Positions 29,134-38,253 of a stretch of DNA of 64,000 nt are shown here, one piece after another. The notes beneath the pieces were generated by a model. That model did no database searches. It saw only the letters and a program-made list of their open reading frames with translations, and was not told the DNA's origin. A program made the translations under genes and the position numbers. The stretch is from Parcubacteria bacterium OLB19 (GTDB taxonomy: Bacteria > Patescibacteriota > Minisyncoccia > Phycocordibacterales > UBA918): NCBI GenBank assembly GCA_001567365.1, contig JZEL01000029.1:17525-81524 (forward strand), given 5' to 3'. Each line of letters starts with the position of its first letter. Position 1 is the stretch's first letter.

Positions 29134-31029
29134 ATGTTCGTTATTCAGGTAATTCCTTTAATCAAAGACACCAAAATCAACAACCTTTCCTATTTTAGTA
29201 GTACCAATTATGAAATTGGTACTTTCGTTGAAGTACCGATTCGCAAAAAAACTTATCGCGCTATAGTTGTTGAATCAAAACCAGTTTCTGAGCATAAGAG
29301 TAGTTTAAAAACCGCCCACTTTACCTTACACAAACTACCAGAACAAAAAAATATTTCTGTAATACCATCATGTCTTCGCGAAACGGCAAAAACTTTAACT
29401 GAAGTTTATCCAACCACAACCGGTGGCGTTCTATACCAAATTCTTTCACCAGATGTAAGAAACGGTGATTATCAATACCCAAATATTTCTTCTTTAACTC
29501 ATAAAGAAGAAACCACTCCACAAATACTGACTGACACCATTAAAAATCGTTATATGTCCTATCGCAGTCATATAAGAAGCATTCTCGCCAGACGCGGTTC
29601 AGTGATGTTTGTTGTACCAAATTCAGTTGACCTTGATTATGCTGAAAAAAATTTAATGACCGGTATTGAAGATCGAATAGTTAAATTCTCACCCAACCAA
29701 ACAAAACGAGAGAGAATTAAGGCTTACGAAGCTTTTGAAGATACTACTATTGCTAAAGTTATACTTACCACCCCTACCCACGCCTATCTTGACCGTGTCG
29801 ATCTCCTCTCTATTATCATCGAAAGATCTGGTAGTACTTTATATAAGGTTCGTACTCGGCCATATTTAGATCATCGCACAGCTCTAATTATTCATGCCAA
29901 AACTACTGGAAGAAATATACTACTTGGCGATATTTTACCTCGCACAGAAGATGAATTTTTTCGTCGCAATGAAATTTATTACACTTACAACGAAGAAACT
30001 AAACGTATCGCTTTTCCCACTCCACTTACAATCATTGAACAACAAGACAAGCCAACAACGGAAACACCTTTCTCTTTATTCTCTAATGAGTTAAAAAAAC
30101 GTGTTAATTCTACTCTCGAAGGAAGAGGTCGTGTTTTTATGTACGGCGCAAGAAGAGGTATTTCTCCAGTAGTTATCTGTATAGATTGCGGTTTTATTTT
30201 TCGTTGCCCCGATTCACACACCCCCTATTCCCTACTAAAAACCCATAACAAAGCTGGAGAAGAAGAGAGATGGTTTGTTTCCAGCACCTCCGGTCGGAGA
30301 GTTCGAGCTTCTGACATTTGTGATCAGTGCGGTTCATGGCGACTTAGACAAAGAGGTATTGGTATTCAGCAAGTTTATGATGAATGCCTCGCTACTTTTC
30401 CTAATCAGCCAGTTCTACTATTCGACAACACCACTGCTGACACTCGAAAAAAAGCCGAAAAAATAATCACTGATTTCTATGAAAAACGTAATGTGATTTT
30501 GGTTGGCACACAAATGGCAATACCATATCTGACTAAAAATGGTACCGATTTGAGCACAATTATTTCGCTTGATGCTACACGTTCAAACCCCACTTGGCGC
30601 GCCGACGAAGATGTCTTTCGCTTGCTATTAGAATTGCGTGAAATTTCAAACAAGGAGGTTGTGGTACAAACACGTTCTAAACCCGACGACTTACTTAATT
30701 ATGCAACTACTGGCAATTTAGATAATTTCTACAGTGATGAAATCATGCTTCGTGAACAACTAGGATATCCGCCCTTCTTTACTTTTATTTTGTTAAGTTA
30801 TGCTGGTAACAAAAACGCCGTCGAAGAAGTTGAATCACAAATTAAAAACCTCGCAAAATCCTATGAGGGTAATTATTACAGTAATCCGTTTTCACAAAAT
30901 GATAAAATTTTGCGTTACGCATTATTCCGCCTACCAGCAAACAGCAAAAAACTAAGAGATTTTATAGACATAATCCGTCTTCTCCCTCCCTATATAAAAA
31001 TTGAAATTGACCCTAGCCGTATTGTCTAA
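29134..31029 (+). CDS. priA: primosomal protein N' (PriA)-like with degenerate helicase Walker A/B motifs
   Basis: N-terminal 3'-DNA-binding-like region. Cys-rich zinc-binding insert CIDCGFIFRCPDSHTPYS...CDQCGSW. C-terminal domain pattern. Where G.TGSGKTE and DEEH are expected the sequence reads YMSYRSHIRS and IIIERS. Confidence 0.55.
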   Translation: MFVIQVIPLIKDTKINNLSYFSSTNYEIGTFVEVPIRKKTYRAIVVESKPVSEHKSSLKTAHFTLHKLPEQKNISVIPSCLRETAKTLTEVYPTTTGGVLYQILSPDVRNGDYQYPNISSLTHKEETTPQILTDTIKNRYMSYRSHIRSILARRGSVMFVVPNSVDLDYAEKNLMTGIEDRIVKFSPNQTKRERIKAYEAFEDTTIAKVILTTPTHAYLDRVDLLSIIIERSGSTLYKVRTRPYLDHRTALIIHAKTTGRNILLGDILPRTEDEFFRRNEIYYTYNEETKRIAFPTPLTIIEQQDKPTTETPFSLFSNELKKRVNSTLEGRGRVFMYGARRGISPVVICIDCGFIFRCPDSHTPYSLLKTHNKAGEEERWFVSSTSGRRVRASDICDQCGSWRLRQRGIGIQQVYDECLATFPNQPVLLFDNTTADTRKKAEKIITDFYEKRNVILVGTQMAIPYLTKNGTDLSTIISLDATRSNPTWRADEDVFRLLLELREISNKEVVVQTRSKPDDLLNYATTGNLDNFYSDEIMLREQLGYPPFFTFILLSYAGNKNAVEEVESQIKNLAKSYEGNYYSNPFSQNDKILRYALFRLPANSKKLRDFIDIIRLLPPYIKIEIDPSRIV

Positions 31030-31038
31030 TTAAAAAAC

Positions 31039-31596
31039 TTGTGGTATTTTGCTGTTATCAATATGGCTAAACTCGTACCAGAAAACAATCCAGTTTTACA
31101 CATCATTGCTGACGAAATAACTTCGGAGGAATTTACTAATGGCACCGTTAAGAAAATCATCAGTGATTTAAGACAAGCCATTAAAACCTACAAGGTCGAC
31201 GGTTTTACCGCTGTAGCCATTGCCGCACCACAAATCGGTGTTGGTAAAAGAATCTTTATGATTGAAGACCAAAGCGATGAAGCCGACCGCTTACCCACCA
31301 TTATCGCTATCAATCCGCGCTTTCTAAAAATGTCAAAAAAGACCCATTTAGTTGGTGAAGGTTGTTTATCTATCCCCGACCGTTATGGCTTGGTACGTCG
31401 TTCCACCAATGTCACAATTGAAGCAACTGATGAAAACGGTAAAACCTTCACTCGAGGTGCTGGTGGTCTATTAGCACAAATCATGCAACATGAATATGAT
31501 CATCTTGACGGAATTCTTTTCACTGACCGCGCGGAAAAAGTTTGGATTAAAAAAGATGGTGAGAATATCGAGATAACTGAAGATAACAATATTTAA
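31039..31596 (+). CDS. def: peptide deformylase
   Basis: Motifs GVGKAAPQ-like (AIAAPQIGVGKR), EGCLS, QHEYDHLDG. Confidence 0.9.
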   Translation: MWYFAVINMAKLVPENNPVLHIIADEITSEEFTNGTVKKIISDLRQAIKTYKVDGFTAVAIAAPQIGVGKRIFMIEDQSDEADRLPTIIAINPRFLKMSKKTHLVGEGCLSIPDRYGLVRRSTNVTIEATDENGKTFTRGAGGLLAQIMQHEYDHLDGILFTDRAEKVWIKKDGENIEITEDNNI

Positions 31597-31600
31597 ACTC

Positions 31601-32455
31601 ATGAAAATTGCTTTTTTTGGCACCCCAGAAATTGCCTCTATTGTTTTAGAGGAACTAAAAAACGCTAATCTTATTCCCAATCTCATAATTACAAATCCCG
31701 ACGCACCAGTTGGTCGCAAACAAATCTTGACCCCACCACCGGTAAAAATATGGGCACAAAATCAATCAATACCAGTCACCCAACCACTTTCACTTAAAAA
31801 CCCTGATTTATTACCAGAAATAACTGACCAAGAATGGGATTTATTTATTGTTGTTGCTTACGGAAAAATAATTCCAAGCTGGCTTCTAGCTAAACCCAAA
31901 TACGGAACCGTAAACGTACATCCATCATTATTACCAAAACTCCGCGGTGCTAGTCCTATCCGTAGCGCTATTTTAAATGATATTAAAGACACTGGTGTAA
32001 CCATTATGCTGATGGATGAAGAACTCGACCACGGACCGATTTTATATCAAGAAAAAACTCCAATCGAAACTGACTCTTGGCCAATAGACGGTCAAGAACT
32101 CGATAAAATTATGGCACATCAAGGTGGTAGAATGTTAGCCAAAATTATACCCGACTACATACAAGGAAGAATCTCCCCTACCTCTCAAGATCACAAGCAA
32201 GCCACTTTTTGTACCAAAATTACCAAAGACATGAGTGAACTAACGATTGATCCATATCATTTACCCGAAGGAGAAGCGGCCTATAAAATACTTTTAAAAA
32301 TCCGTGCTTTTGCTGGCTGGCCAGAAACTTTTTTCATACACAACAACAAACGCTACAAAATTAAACAAGCAAAAATAAGTAACAATAAATTAGAAATTTT
32401 GCGTGTTGTTCCAGAAGGAAAAACAGAGACCGATTTCAGTCTCTGTTTCCGTTAA
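31601..32455 (+). CDS. fmt: methionyl-tRNA formyltransferase
   Basis: MKIAFFGTPEIA... ; formyltransferase core NVHPSLLPKLRGASPI. Immediately after def. Confidence 0.85.
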   Translation: MKIAFFGTPEIASIVLEELKNANLIPNLIITNPDAPVGRKQILTPPPVKIWAQNQSIPVTQPLSLKNPDLLPEITDQEWDLFIVVAYGKIIPSWLLAKPKYGTVNVHPSLLPKLRGASPIRSAILNDIKDTGVTIMLMDEELDHGPILYQEKTPIETDSWPIDGQELDKIMAHQGGRMLAKIIPDYIQGRISPTSQDHKQATFCTKITKDMSELTIDPYHLPEGEAAYKILLKIRAFAGWPETFFIHNNKRYKIKQAKISNNKLEILRVVPEGKTETDFSLCFR

Positions 32456-32465
32456 TTTTATTTTA

Positions 32466-32831
32466 CTACTCACCATTACGCATTGCTTCTTTGATTTCTC
32501 GTCCACCTTTCCTAATCAGAGTTTGGCGCTTATCGTGATCTTTACTTAATTCCCTATCTAAATCATCTCGCACTAAATCAATCGCGGCTTCGAAAGTTTC
32601 TTTAGTAGAAACTGCTCGATACAATTCGCCAGACAACCAAATGTTAACCTCCACTCGATAAATATCACCAGAATTGTGTGACGGTAATTTCTCGAACTCA
32701 ACCTCACACTTAACATCAGTCTCTTCACCTATATATTTACCTAAAGAAGCTAATTTTTGTTCTACAAGACCGTGCAGACTTTCTTTCACTTCAGTATTAT
32801 TGTGTTTAAAAATAATCGTTGGGAATGACAT
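32466..32831 (-). CDS. hpf: ribosome hibernation promoting factor (short HPF/RaiA)
   Basis: 121 aa with the S30AE-fold sequence pattern (…IYRVEVNIWLSGELYRAVSTKETFEAAIDLVRDDL…). Confidence 0.75.
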   Translation of the reverse strand: MSFPTIIFKHNNTEVKESLHGLVEQKLASLGKYIGEETDVKCEVEFEKLPSHNSGDIYRVEVNIWLSGELYRAVSTKETFEAAIDLVRDDLDRELSKDHDKRQTLIRKGGREIKEAMRNGE

Positions 32832-32851
32832 AACTATTTAGATTTACTCTA

Positions 32852-33079
32852 TTAAATCTCAACCTTAACATCAAACATTTTACTACCAGAATGATGACCA
32901 GAAATAATTCTAACTGATTCGATTTTTACACCATACTCTTTCGCTAACAATTCTTTGATACGATTATTAGCTAAATTTCTTTCGGCCGGTTCTTTGACTG
33001 TCATTTCAAATATCTGGTCATCAATTTTACTCACTGTTTCCTTCTTAGCTTTCGGAATTACCCGAACCTTAACGTACAT
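32852..33079 (-). CDS. DUF167 (YggU) family protein
   Basis: 75 aa: VKVRVIPKAKKE...NLANNRIKELLAKEYGVKIESVRIISGHHSGSKMFDV matches the DUF167 pattern. Confidence 0.7.
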   Translation of the reverse strand: MYVKVRVIPKAKKETVSKIDDQIFEMTVKEPAERNLANNRIKELLAKEYGVKIESVRIISGHHSGSKMFDVKVEI

Positions 33080-33082
33080 AAA

Positions 33083-33415
33083 CTATCCTTCACAGGAAAC
33101 ACAAGCGTTATCACTAATATGTACACGAGGTCTAACAGGAACGCTAACACTCTTTCCATAATTAGTTTGCAGATAATTTACAATATCATCCGATTCGTAC
33201 ATTTTTATATCCTTATCTGTATCAACCAAAAAAGGAGTTTGTGATCTTCCTCCCAGTTCTTCCATTTCTGCTTTAAGATCTGCTTCAACCACATTCTTCA
33301 TCTCCACTTCAAGCTCCAACCGATCAATTACTGCTATTACTCGTCGACAGAAAGCACAGGTTGGTTTGTAATAAAGTGTCAGCATAGATTCAAAAATTAA
33401 CTTATAATCACCCAC
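33083..33415 (-). CDS. glutaredoxin-like thioredoxin-fold protein (CAFC active site)
   Basis: LTLYYKPTCAFCRRV ... TPFLVD...IV CxxC redox motif. Extra C-terminal CVSC. Confidence 0.6.
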   Translation of the reverse strand: MGDYKLIFESMLTLYYKPTCAFCRRVIAVIDRLELEVEMKNVVEADLKAEMEELGGRSQTPFLVDTDKDIKMYESDDIVNYLQTNYGKSVSVPVRPRVHISDNACVSCEG

Positions 33416-33527
33416 TATTATACTATTTTTTATATTTAGTTAAAATCACCTAAATATGTGGATTGAGTTACAAACCAAATTAAACGTTTAAAATTGAGAG
33501 TTATTAATTTGATTGAGATATTAATTA

Positions 33528-33576
33528 GGGGTGGAGGGGGCGGAAGCGAAGCTTCCGCCCCCTCCCTCCACCCCCC
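33528..33576. repeat. GC-rich near-perfect palindrome (ggggtggagggggcggaagc-gaa-gcttccgccccctccctccacccc) followed by C3-4A-rich repeats (to ~33612)
   Basis: About 20-bp stem with a 4-nt bulge and G-run/C-run strand asymmetry. A striking GC island in an AT-rich intergenic region upstream of the split tRNA. Confidence 0.5.
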
Positions 33577-33724
33577 TAAAAAACCAAACCCCTAAAATCC
33601 CAAACCGAAAAGGTTGAATATTGATTTTTTTTCTGTACAATAGGGTAACTTGATTTTTCAAGCTGTTCTTTGAGATATTGATTGTTTTACTCCGGTGTAG
33701 CTCAGCGGTAGAGCAGTCGACTGT

Positions 33725-34310
33725 GGACATTCGTCAATTTATGTTGATGATATACTTTTATATCATGATCAAAAAAAGAGACGAGAACCTATGCCGATCG
33801 TGCCGAGTACTTAAAATTAGCAGTTATCAAACGCCGTAAAAAAAGTGCGGGATATGGCTCTTGAGTACAAAGGTGGCAAATGCTGCATTTGCGGTTACAA
33901 TAAAAGTAAACGCGCACTTTCCTTTCACCATATAGATCCTAATAATAAAGACTTCGGTATTTCTTATCGAGGATTTACTAGGTCATGGGATAAAACTAAG
34001 ACCGAATTAGATAAATGCATCTTAGTTTGCATGAATTGCCACATGGAAATACACGACGGTATTACGCAGCTTCCGATAGAAATATCGGAATGAAAACAAG
34101 GTGAATTGTCTGGAAGCCCGAAACAGGTAAAGCTGTGGGTAATCAGCAGCCAAGCTTTTTGGTCAACGAGGCCGAACTGAAGGTTCAGAGACTATCCCTT
34201 ACGGGAGTACGGCTCGAAAGAGTTGGAAGCGCCTTGCACCCTATGATTTAAATTATTTATATCACGGGTGATGATATAGTCCATCCCTTTAGGAAACTTT
34301 TGGATAAATG
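33725..34310 (+). mobile_element. group I-like self-splicing intron (IC3-like core motifs) carrying an HNH homing-endonuclease ORF
   Basis: Exon ends in U and intron ends in G. The 3' part contains agccaagcuu and guucagagacuaucccuuacggga, resembling the P6/P7 (cagagacua) region of bacterial tRNA group I introns. An internal guide sequence was not confidently identified by eye. Confidence 0.5.
33845..34093 (+). CDS. HNH endonuclease (intron-encoded homing endonuclease candidate)
   Basis: 82 aa with CxxCG...HHIDP...N...CMNCH HNH/zinc motifs. Lies entirely inside the tRNA-Asn intron. Confidence 0.7.
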   Translation: MRDMALEYKGGKCCICGYNKSKRALSFHHIDPNNKDFGISYRGFTRSWDKTKTELDKCILVCMNCHMEIHDGITQLPIEISE

Positions 34311-34376
34311 TAATCGATTGGTCGCAGGTTCGAATCCTGCCGCCGGAGCAAAGAAATCAATATTCTTAAAAAATAT

Positions 34377-34420
34377 GAAAACGACCACTAGACTTCAGTT
34401 AGTGGTCGTTTTCATATTTC
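34377..34420. terminator. rho-independent terminator (gaaaacgaccacta-loop-tagtggtcgttttc)
   Basis: Perfect 14-bp stem followed by a T-tract immediately after the tRNA 3' exon. Confidence 0.6.
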
Positions 34421-34732
34421 GTTATACAATAAAAATACTCTATATTAAAATTTAAAAACCGTTCACATGAAGATAATGGGGCTTTTTTTATAAAAAATTA
34501 GATGAAGGATTTTAATTCCTCTATCAAGGTAATCTTGTTACAAAACGATAAAGTTTACATACCTATTTCTTCAGCCACCTTGATTGTTTCTGAATTATCG
34601 TCAATTGACAAACAATCCAGGGCTTTAACTGAAAGTCTATTTAAGATATGTTCAAAAAAGCTAAGCTCGTTTTAAACAAGTCTATTTCGTAAGAACAAAA
34701 CCGACCAGCCAAAGCGTAGATTGCAGGTAAAA

Positions 34733-35056
34733 TCATTTAACCGAAGATAAGGATATTTCTATACCTTGTTCATCTTTAAGTCTTTTATGTACCACTTCAG
34801 CTGATCTGTTATGCTCCAATCTAATATCTACGATCTTATCTGTGATTTCATTAGACAACTCTTTAGGATGATGCTTAGGACGACTACTTAGGGTTGGTAT
34901 GGGATGGAGACCTATCTTCTTAGCTTTATCCCTCCAAGCACAGATGGCACCAGGAGAGAACCCAAAGTGTCGAGATGCCTTACGTACTCCGTGTCTATCA
35001 GCGAAGAGTACTGCGTCTCTACGTATCTTAGGCATGTTTGGGTTTGATGTGTACAT
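34733..35056 (-). pseudogene. IS481-like transposase remnant (N-terminal HTH region only; no rve catalytic domain)
   Basis: 107-aa ORF with the typical IS481/IS3 N-terminal pattern (…RHFGFSPGAICAWRDKAKK…SSRPKHHPKELSNEITDKIVDIRLEHNRSAEVVHKRLKDEQGIEIS). Downstream 300 nt is non-coding. Sits next to the tRNA. Confidence 0.5.
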
Positions 35057-35181
35057 AACACTTCTATTTTAATAGAAGTGTTCATAAGGTATTGAACCAT
35101 AACGAAATTATTGACAAGAAGATTAATACAATGTACAATATCTGTAGTAATAATAACTCTGTATATTAAAAAGGAAGTATT

Positions 35182-35484
35182 ATGAAAAAAATGATTAAAC
35201 GAATTTCATTTATTACCAATAGTAATCCATACAGGATGACTGTGCGAGACATCAACGATATAACACCTTTTCCTAAAATACATGTCTCGACTCAGGAATA
35301 CGAAGTTCTTCCATCTGATCACGATAGAGCAGTGAGATTTATGACATATTTTGGACTAAATGACCAAATATGGGTTGAAAACACCGATGTTGAAGGAATA
35401 GTGAAGATTACATTCATAATTCCACAAAATATAATCCGAGACGATTTGCGTGAACAAAGTTTCTTATTCAATCAGATTATGTAA
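35182..35484 (+). CDS. hypothetical protein
   Basis: 100-aa ORF, no recognisable motif. Lies in the accessory region after the IS remnant. Confidence 0.3.
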   Translation: MKKMIKRISFITNSNPYRMTVRDINDITPFPKIHVSTQEYEVLPSDHDRAVRFMTYFGLNDQIWVENTDVEGIVKITFIIPQNIIRDDLREQSFLFNQIM

Positions 35485-35713
35485 CAACTTGAACACACCA
35501 ATTAGTCACACACACTCCGTTAAAGCTACATAGTTACAACGGGGTGTTTTCTTTTATATCCAAGTTCGAACTTCCTTCACCCAATGGAGCTGACAAGTAA
35601 ACAACCAGTCCGACAAAGTTATTTTCATTAAATTTAAATAAAATATTAAATACAACACTTAGATCATAAGTATTTTTTTGACAAAAATAAATTATTATGT
35701 TTTCATAAAATAA

Positions 35714-36287
35714 GTGTTCATTATAGAGGAAGAAATAATGGTAAAGCAAAATCCTGTTTTAATACACGAATGTGGAGAATGTAACACTTGTTGCATTGTT
35801 TTCGATATTCCTGAAATTAAACATACAGCTGGTACCCTATGCTCCAGATGGTGTCAATCACTAAGATGCACTATTTACGATAAGCGCCCAAGTGATTGTC
35901 GTAAGTTTGAGTGTCTTTGGTTAAAAAAATCAAAGTATGCCTGATAATTGGCGACCTGATAAACTCAAAATAATAATGCGAAGCACGGTGGCATATGGAT
36001 ATAGGATTGTTTCTTTTTGGGAAACTGAAATCAACGCTTTGAGAAATGAAGAAATAATGAAGTTTGTTAAAACTACCCTAACAGAAGGAGCTGTTGTTGT
36101 CTTACGGCGAAAAGATACTACTGGTCAATATACTTACTACTGGAGTCCAGTTTTTCCTAGTAAAGACGTTGACCCTAATATAGCTGAGTTACTGATGCCC
36201 ATTCTAAAAAAAGATATGATCCGCCTTTCAATAGAAATGTTGAAAGGCGGTTTTAAAATAAGAGTCCAACATTTGCAACCCAACTAA
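35714..36287 (+). CDS. YkgJ/UPF0153-family CxxCxxCC Zn/Fe-chelating domain protein, split by an A7 homopolymer frameshift at ~35923-35929
   Basis: CGECNTCC motif. With A6 instead of A7 the two track ORFs fuse (…FECLWLKNQSMPDNWRPDKL…) into a ~190-aa protein. Confidence 0.5.
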
Positions 36288-36317
36288 ATTGAAACTCAAG
36301 CGTGATACAATAAAATT

Positions 36318-36821
36318 ATGAGAAAAATTACCGTATCTGATACCTTACAGAAAAACTACACTTATACCCTAACTGAACCTGAAGGGAAAAATTTTCACCC
36401 TGATTTCAAACCTCATCTTACCCCACAAGAAATGTTGGAATTGGGAATTTTTGGTGGACTGTATTTTGAAGAAATTCCTAAAGAATTTCCCAGAGCATGG
36501 TTTAAAAATGCCAAACTTTCTTTAGATGGAAAACCGCAAAAAGAATTAAACTATTATGTAATCAATGCAAGTCAACCGCTTTCGGTTTGGCAAGCCAAAG
36601 GTTGGATTCATCCTGACGATCCTAAAGGTTGGTTTCAATGGTATTGCCGATATTATTTGGGTCGAAGACACAAAGATGATGAACGACAAATTAAACGTTG
36701 GAAAGCTATTACCCGACACGCCTCTCAAATTGCCCATAATTGTCGCCCCAATGATCAAACCTGTCGCAAAAGACAAAGACAGGCCATCTTACACTGGGCC
36801 TACGATCCAAGGAATTTGTAA
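36318..36821 (+). CDS. conserved-looking hypothetical protein (Trp/Tyr/Arg-rich; WFQWYCRYYLGRRHKDDERQIKRWK)
   Basis: 167-aa ORF. I could not assign a family. Confidence 0.35.
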   Translation: MRKITVSDTLQKNYTYTLTEPEGKNFHPDFKPHLTPQEMLELGIFGGLYFEEIPKEFPRAWFKNAKLSLDGKPQKELNYYVINASQPLSVWQAKGWIHPDDPKGWFQWYCRYYLGRRHKDDERQIKRWKAITRHASQIAHNCRPNDQTCRKRQRQAILHWAYDPRNL

Positions 36822-36908
36822 AACATTTATAGAAGATTTGCAAAAAAATCTTTATTGCGCTACAAATTATATAGCTGTTCATCCCACATAAAATAAGGAG
36901 ACTTAAAA

Positions 36909-37142
36909 ATGGAATTAGGACATAACTTAATTTTCATGAGCATAATTTCCATACTGGAAATCATAGCTTTATCTTGCACCTTTATTTTCTACAAACCTAG
37001 CGTACATCGTTTCATGTGCTTAAGAAAGCATATTTTTTATAGATTTTGGTTCTTAGGTTACGCTTTTTGGCTTACTGTAGCAATAATATGCACCGTCGTA
37101 TTAGTAAAGCTAAATAACGAGATTCCAATATACATACATTAA
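36909..37142 (+). CDS. small hypothetical membrane protein (2 TM)
   Basis: 77 aa, hydrophobic. Weak. Confidence 0.2.
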   Translation: MELGHNLIFMSIISILEIIALSCTFIFYKPSVHRFMCLRKHIFYRFWFLGYAFWLTVAIICTVVLVKLNNEIPIYIH

Positions 37143-37190
37143 AACTATCCACAAGTAACCACCTGATAAATTTAGTCAGGTGGTTTATTT

Positions 37191-38173
37191 TTAATTTATC
37201 TCAATATCAATATGTTTAACTTCGGGAAAATCCGTTTGGATTTTCTTTTCAATTTCGTCAATCTTAGTACCAATAATTCTTGGTATACGATCAGTGAAGT
37301 CTGAACAAAAGCGAACGAACTCAGGAAAGTTCTCTCTGGCAATTTCAAAATCTTCTCTTAAATGTCCAGTTTCGCGAATCTCTTTTAACAAAGCTGAGCC
37401 GTTAAATTCTACTTCACACTTAATTAAATATTCACCAATATTTAGATAAGTCGATTTAAAATCAATAACTTTTTCAATCGTAGGTTCTGCCTCCATCATT
37501 TCAATAATACTCTCCTTCATATCTTCCGGTATAGACCGCCCTGTTAAAAGTTCACGATTTTTATTGATTAAAATAACCGCCACACAAGCCAACATGATAC
37601 CAATAATCACTGAACTTATAGCATCACCATAATGCGTACCAGTGAAATAAGAAAAAGTGATACCGATAAGTGCTATCAGCACACCTAAAATCGCAATGCC
37701 GTCTTCATACAAGACCGCAATAGTCACAGGATCACCCTCTTTTAAAGTTTTACTAAAAGATGAACTTCGGGAATTTTTTCTTAACTCTCGATAAGCAACA
37801 TAAAAAGTAAATATTTCAGTCACCAAAGCCAAAAAAAAGAATTGAAAAAATCAAAGGTGACAAAATAACTTCTTGTGGATTTAATAAACTAGATATACCT
37901 TTATAAACAGTAATACCTGCCCCTAAAAAGAATACTCCACAAGCAGATATTAAAGACCAAATAAAAACGCTCATGACCATATCCGTAAGAATGTTCATTG
38001 TCAGCTTTCTTTTCCGATCGTTTAATACCTACCAGCAGCAGGGCTTGATTCATAGTGTCAGCCAAACTATGGATAGCCTCAGAAAACATTGCTGCCGAAC
38101 CAGACACAAAAAAACCAAAAAACTTGGCTAACATTAAAATAAAATTACCAGAAAGCGCAGCTACTACAGGCAA
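37191..38173 (-). pseudogene. cation diffusion facilitator (CDF/CzcD-like) transporter broken into three frames
   Basis: N-terminal piece …SGSAAMFSEAIHSLADTMNQ…HSYGYGHER, middle TM piece, C-terminal TM + cytoplasmic domain. Junctions fall near A8/A6 runs (~37840) and ~37990. Confidence 0.6.
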
Positions 38174-38253
38174 AAAACCCCTAGGAGCATTGTCTAAAAA
38201 ATATTTTTTGTAGTGTTCATGAGAAGTTAAAGCTCTTTCAGCAATAACAATGA

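Larger units (their letters stand above)
33691..34348 (+). tRNA. tRNA-Asn(GUU) interrupted in the anticodon loop by a ~586-nt intron (exons ~33691..33724 and ~34311..34348)
   Basis: 5' exon has acceptor tccggtg, D-arm gctc-agcggta-gagc and anticodon-stem gtcga + ctgt. 3' exon has taa + tcgat (pairs gtcga), var tggtc, T-arm gcagg-ttcgaat-cctgc, acceptor cgccgga, discriminator G. The spliced anticodon loop CUGUUAA is identical to E. coli tRNA-Asn. Confidence 0.6.

Noticed and set aside
33691-33727. Reading the unspliced 5' fragment as a tRNA-His (anticodon GUG in the loop ctgtgga)
   Set aside because: No complementary 3' anticodon-stem strand follows. The discriminator of the distal 3' half is G (Asn-like, His needs C73 and G-1), and the joined exons give a perfect Asn anticodon loop.
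33521-33730. 69-aa minus-strand ORF spanning the GC palindrome and the tRNA 5' exon
   Set aside because: It is created by the C/G-rich palindrome (Gly/Pro codons) and overlaps a structurally complete tRNA exon. No coding signal.
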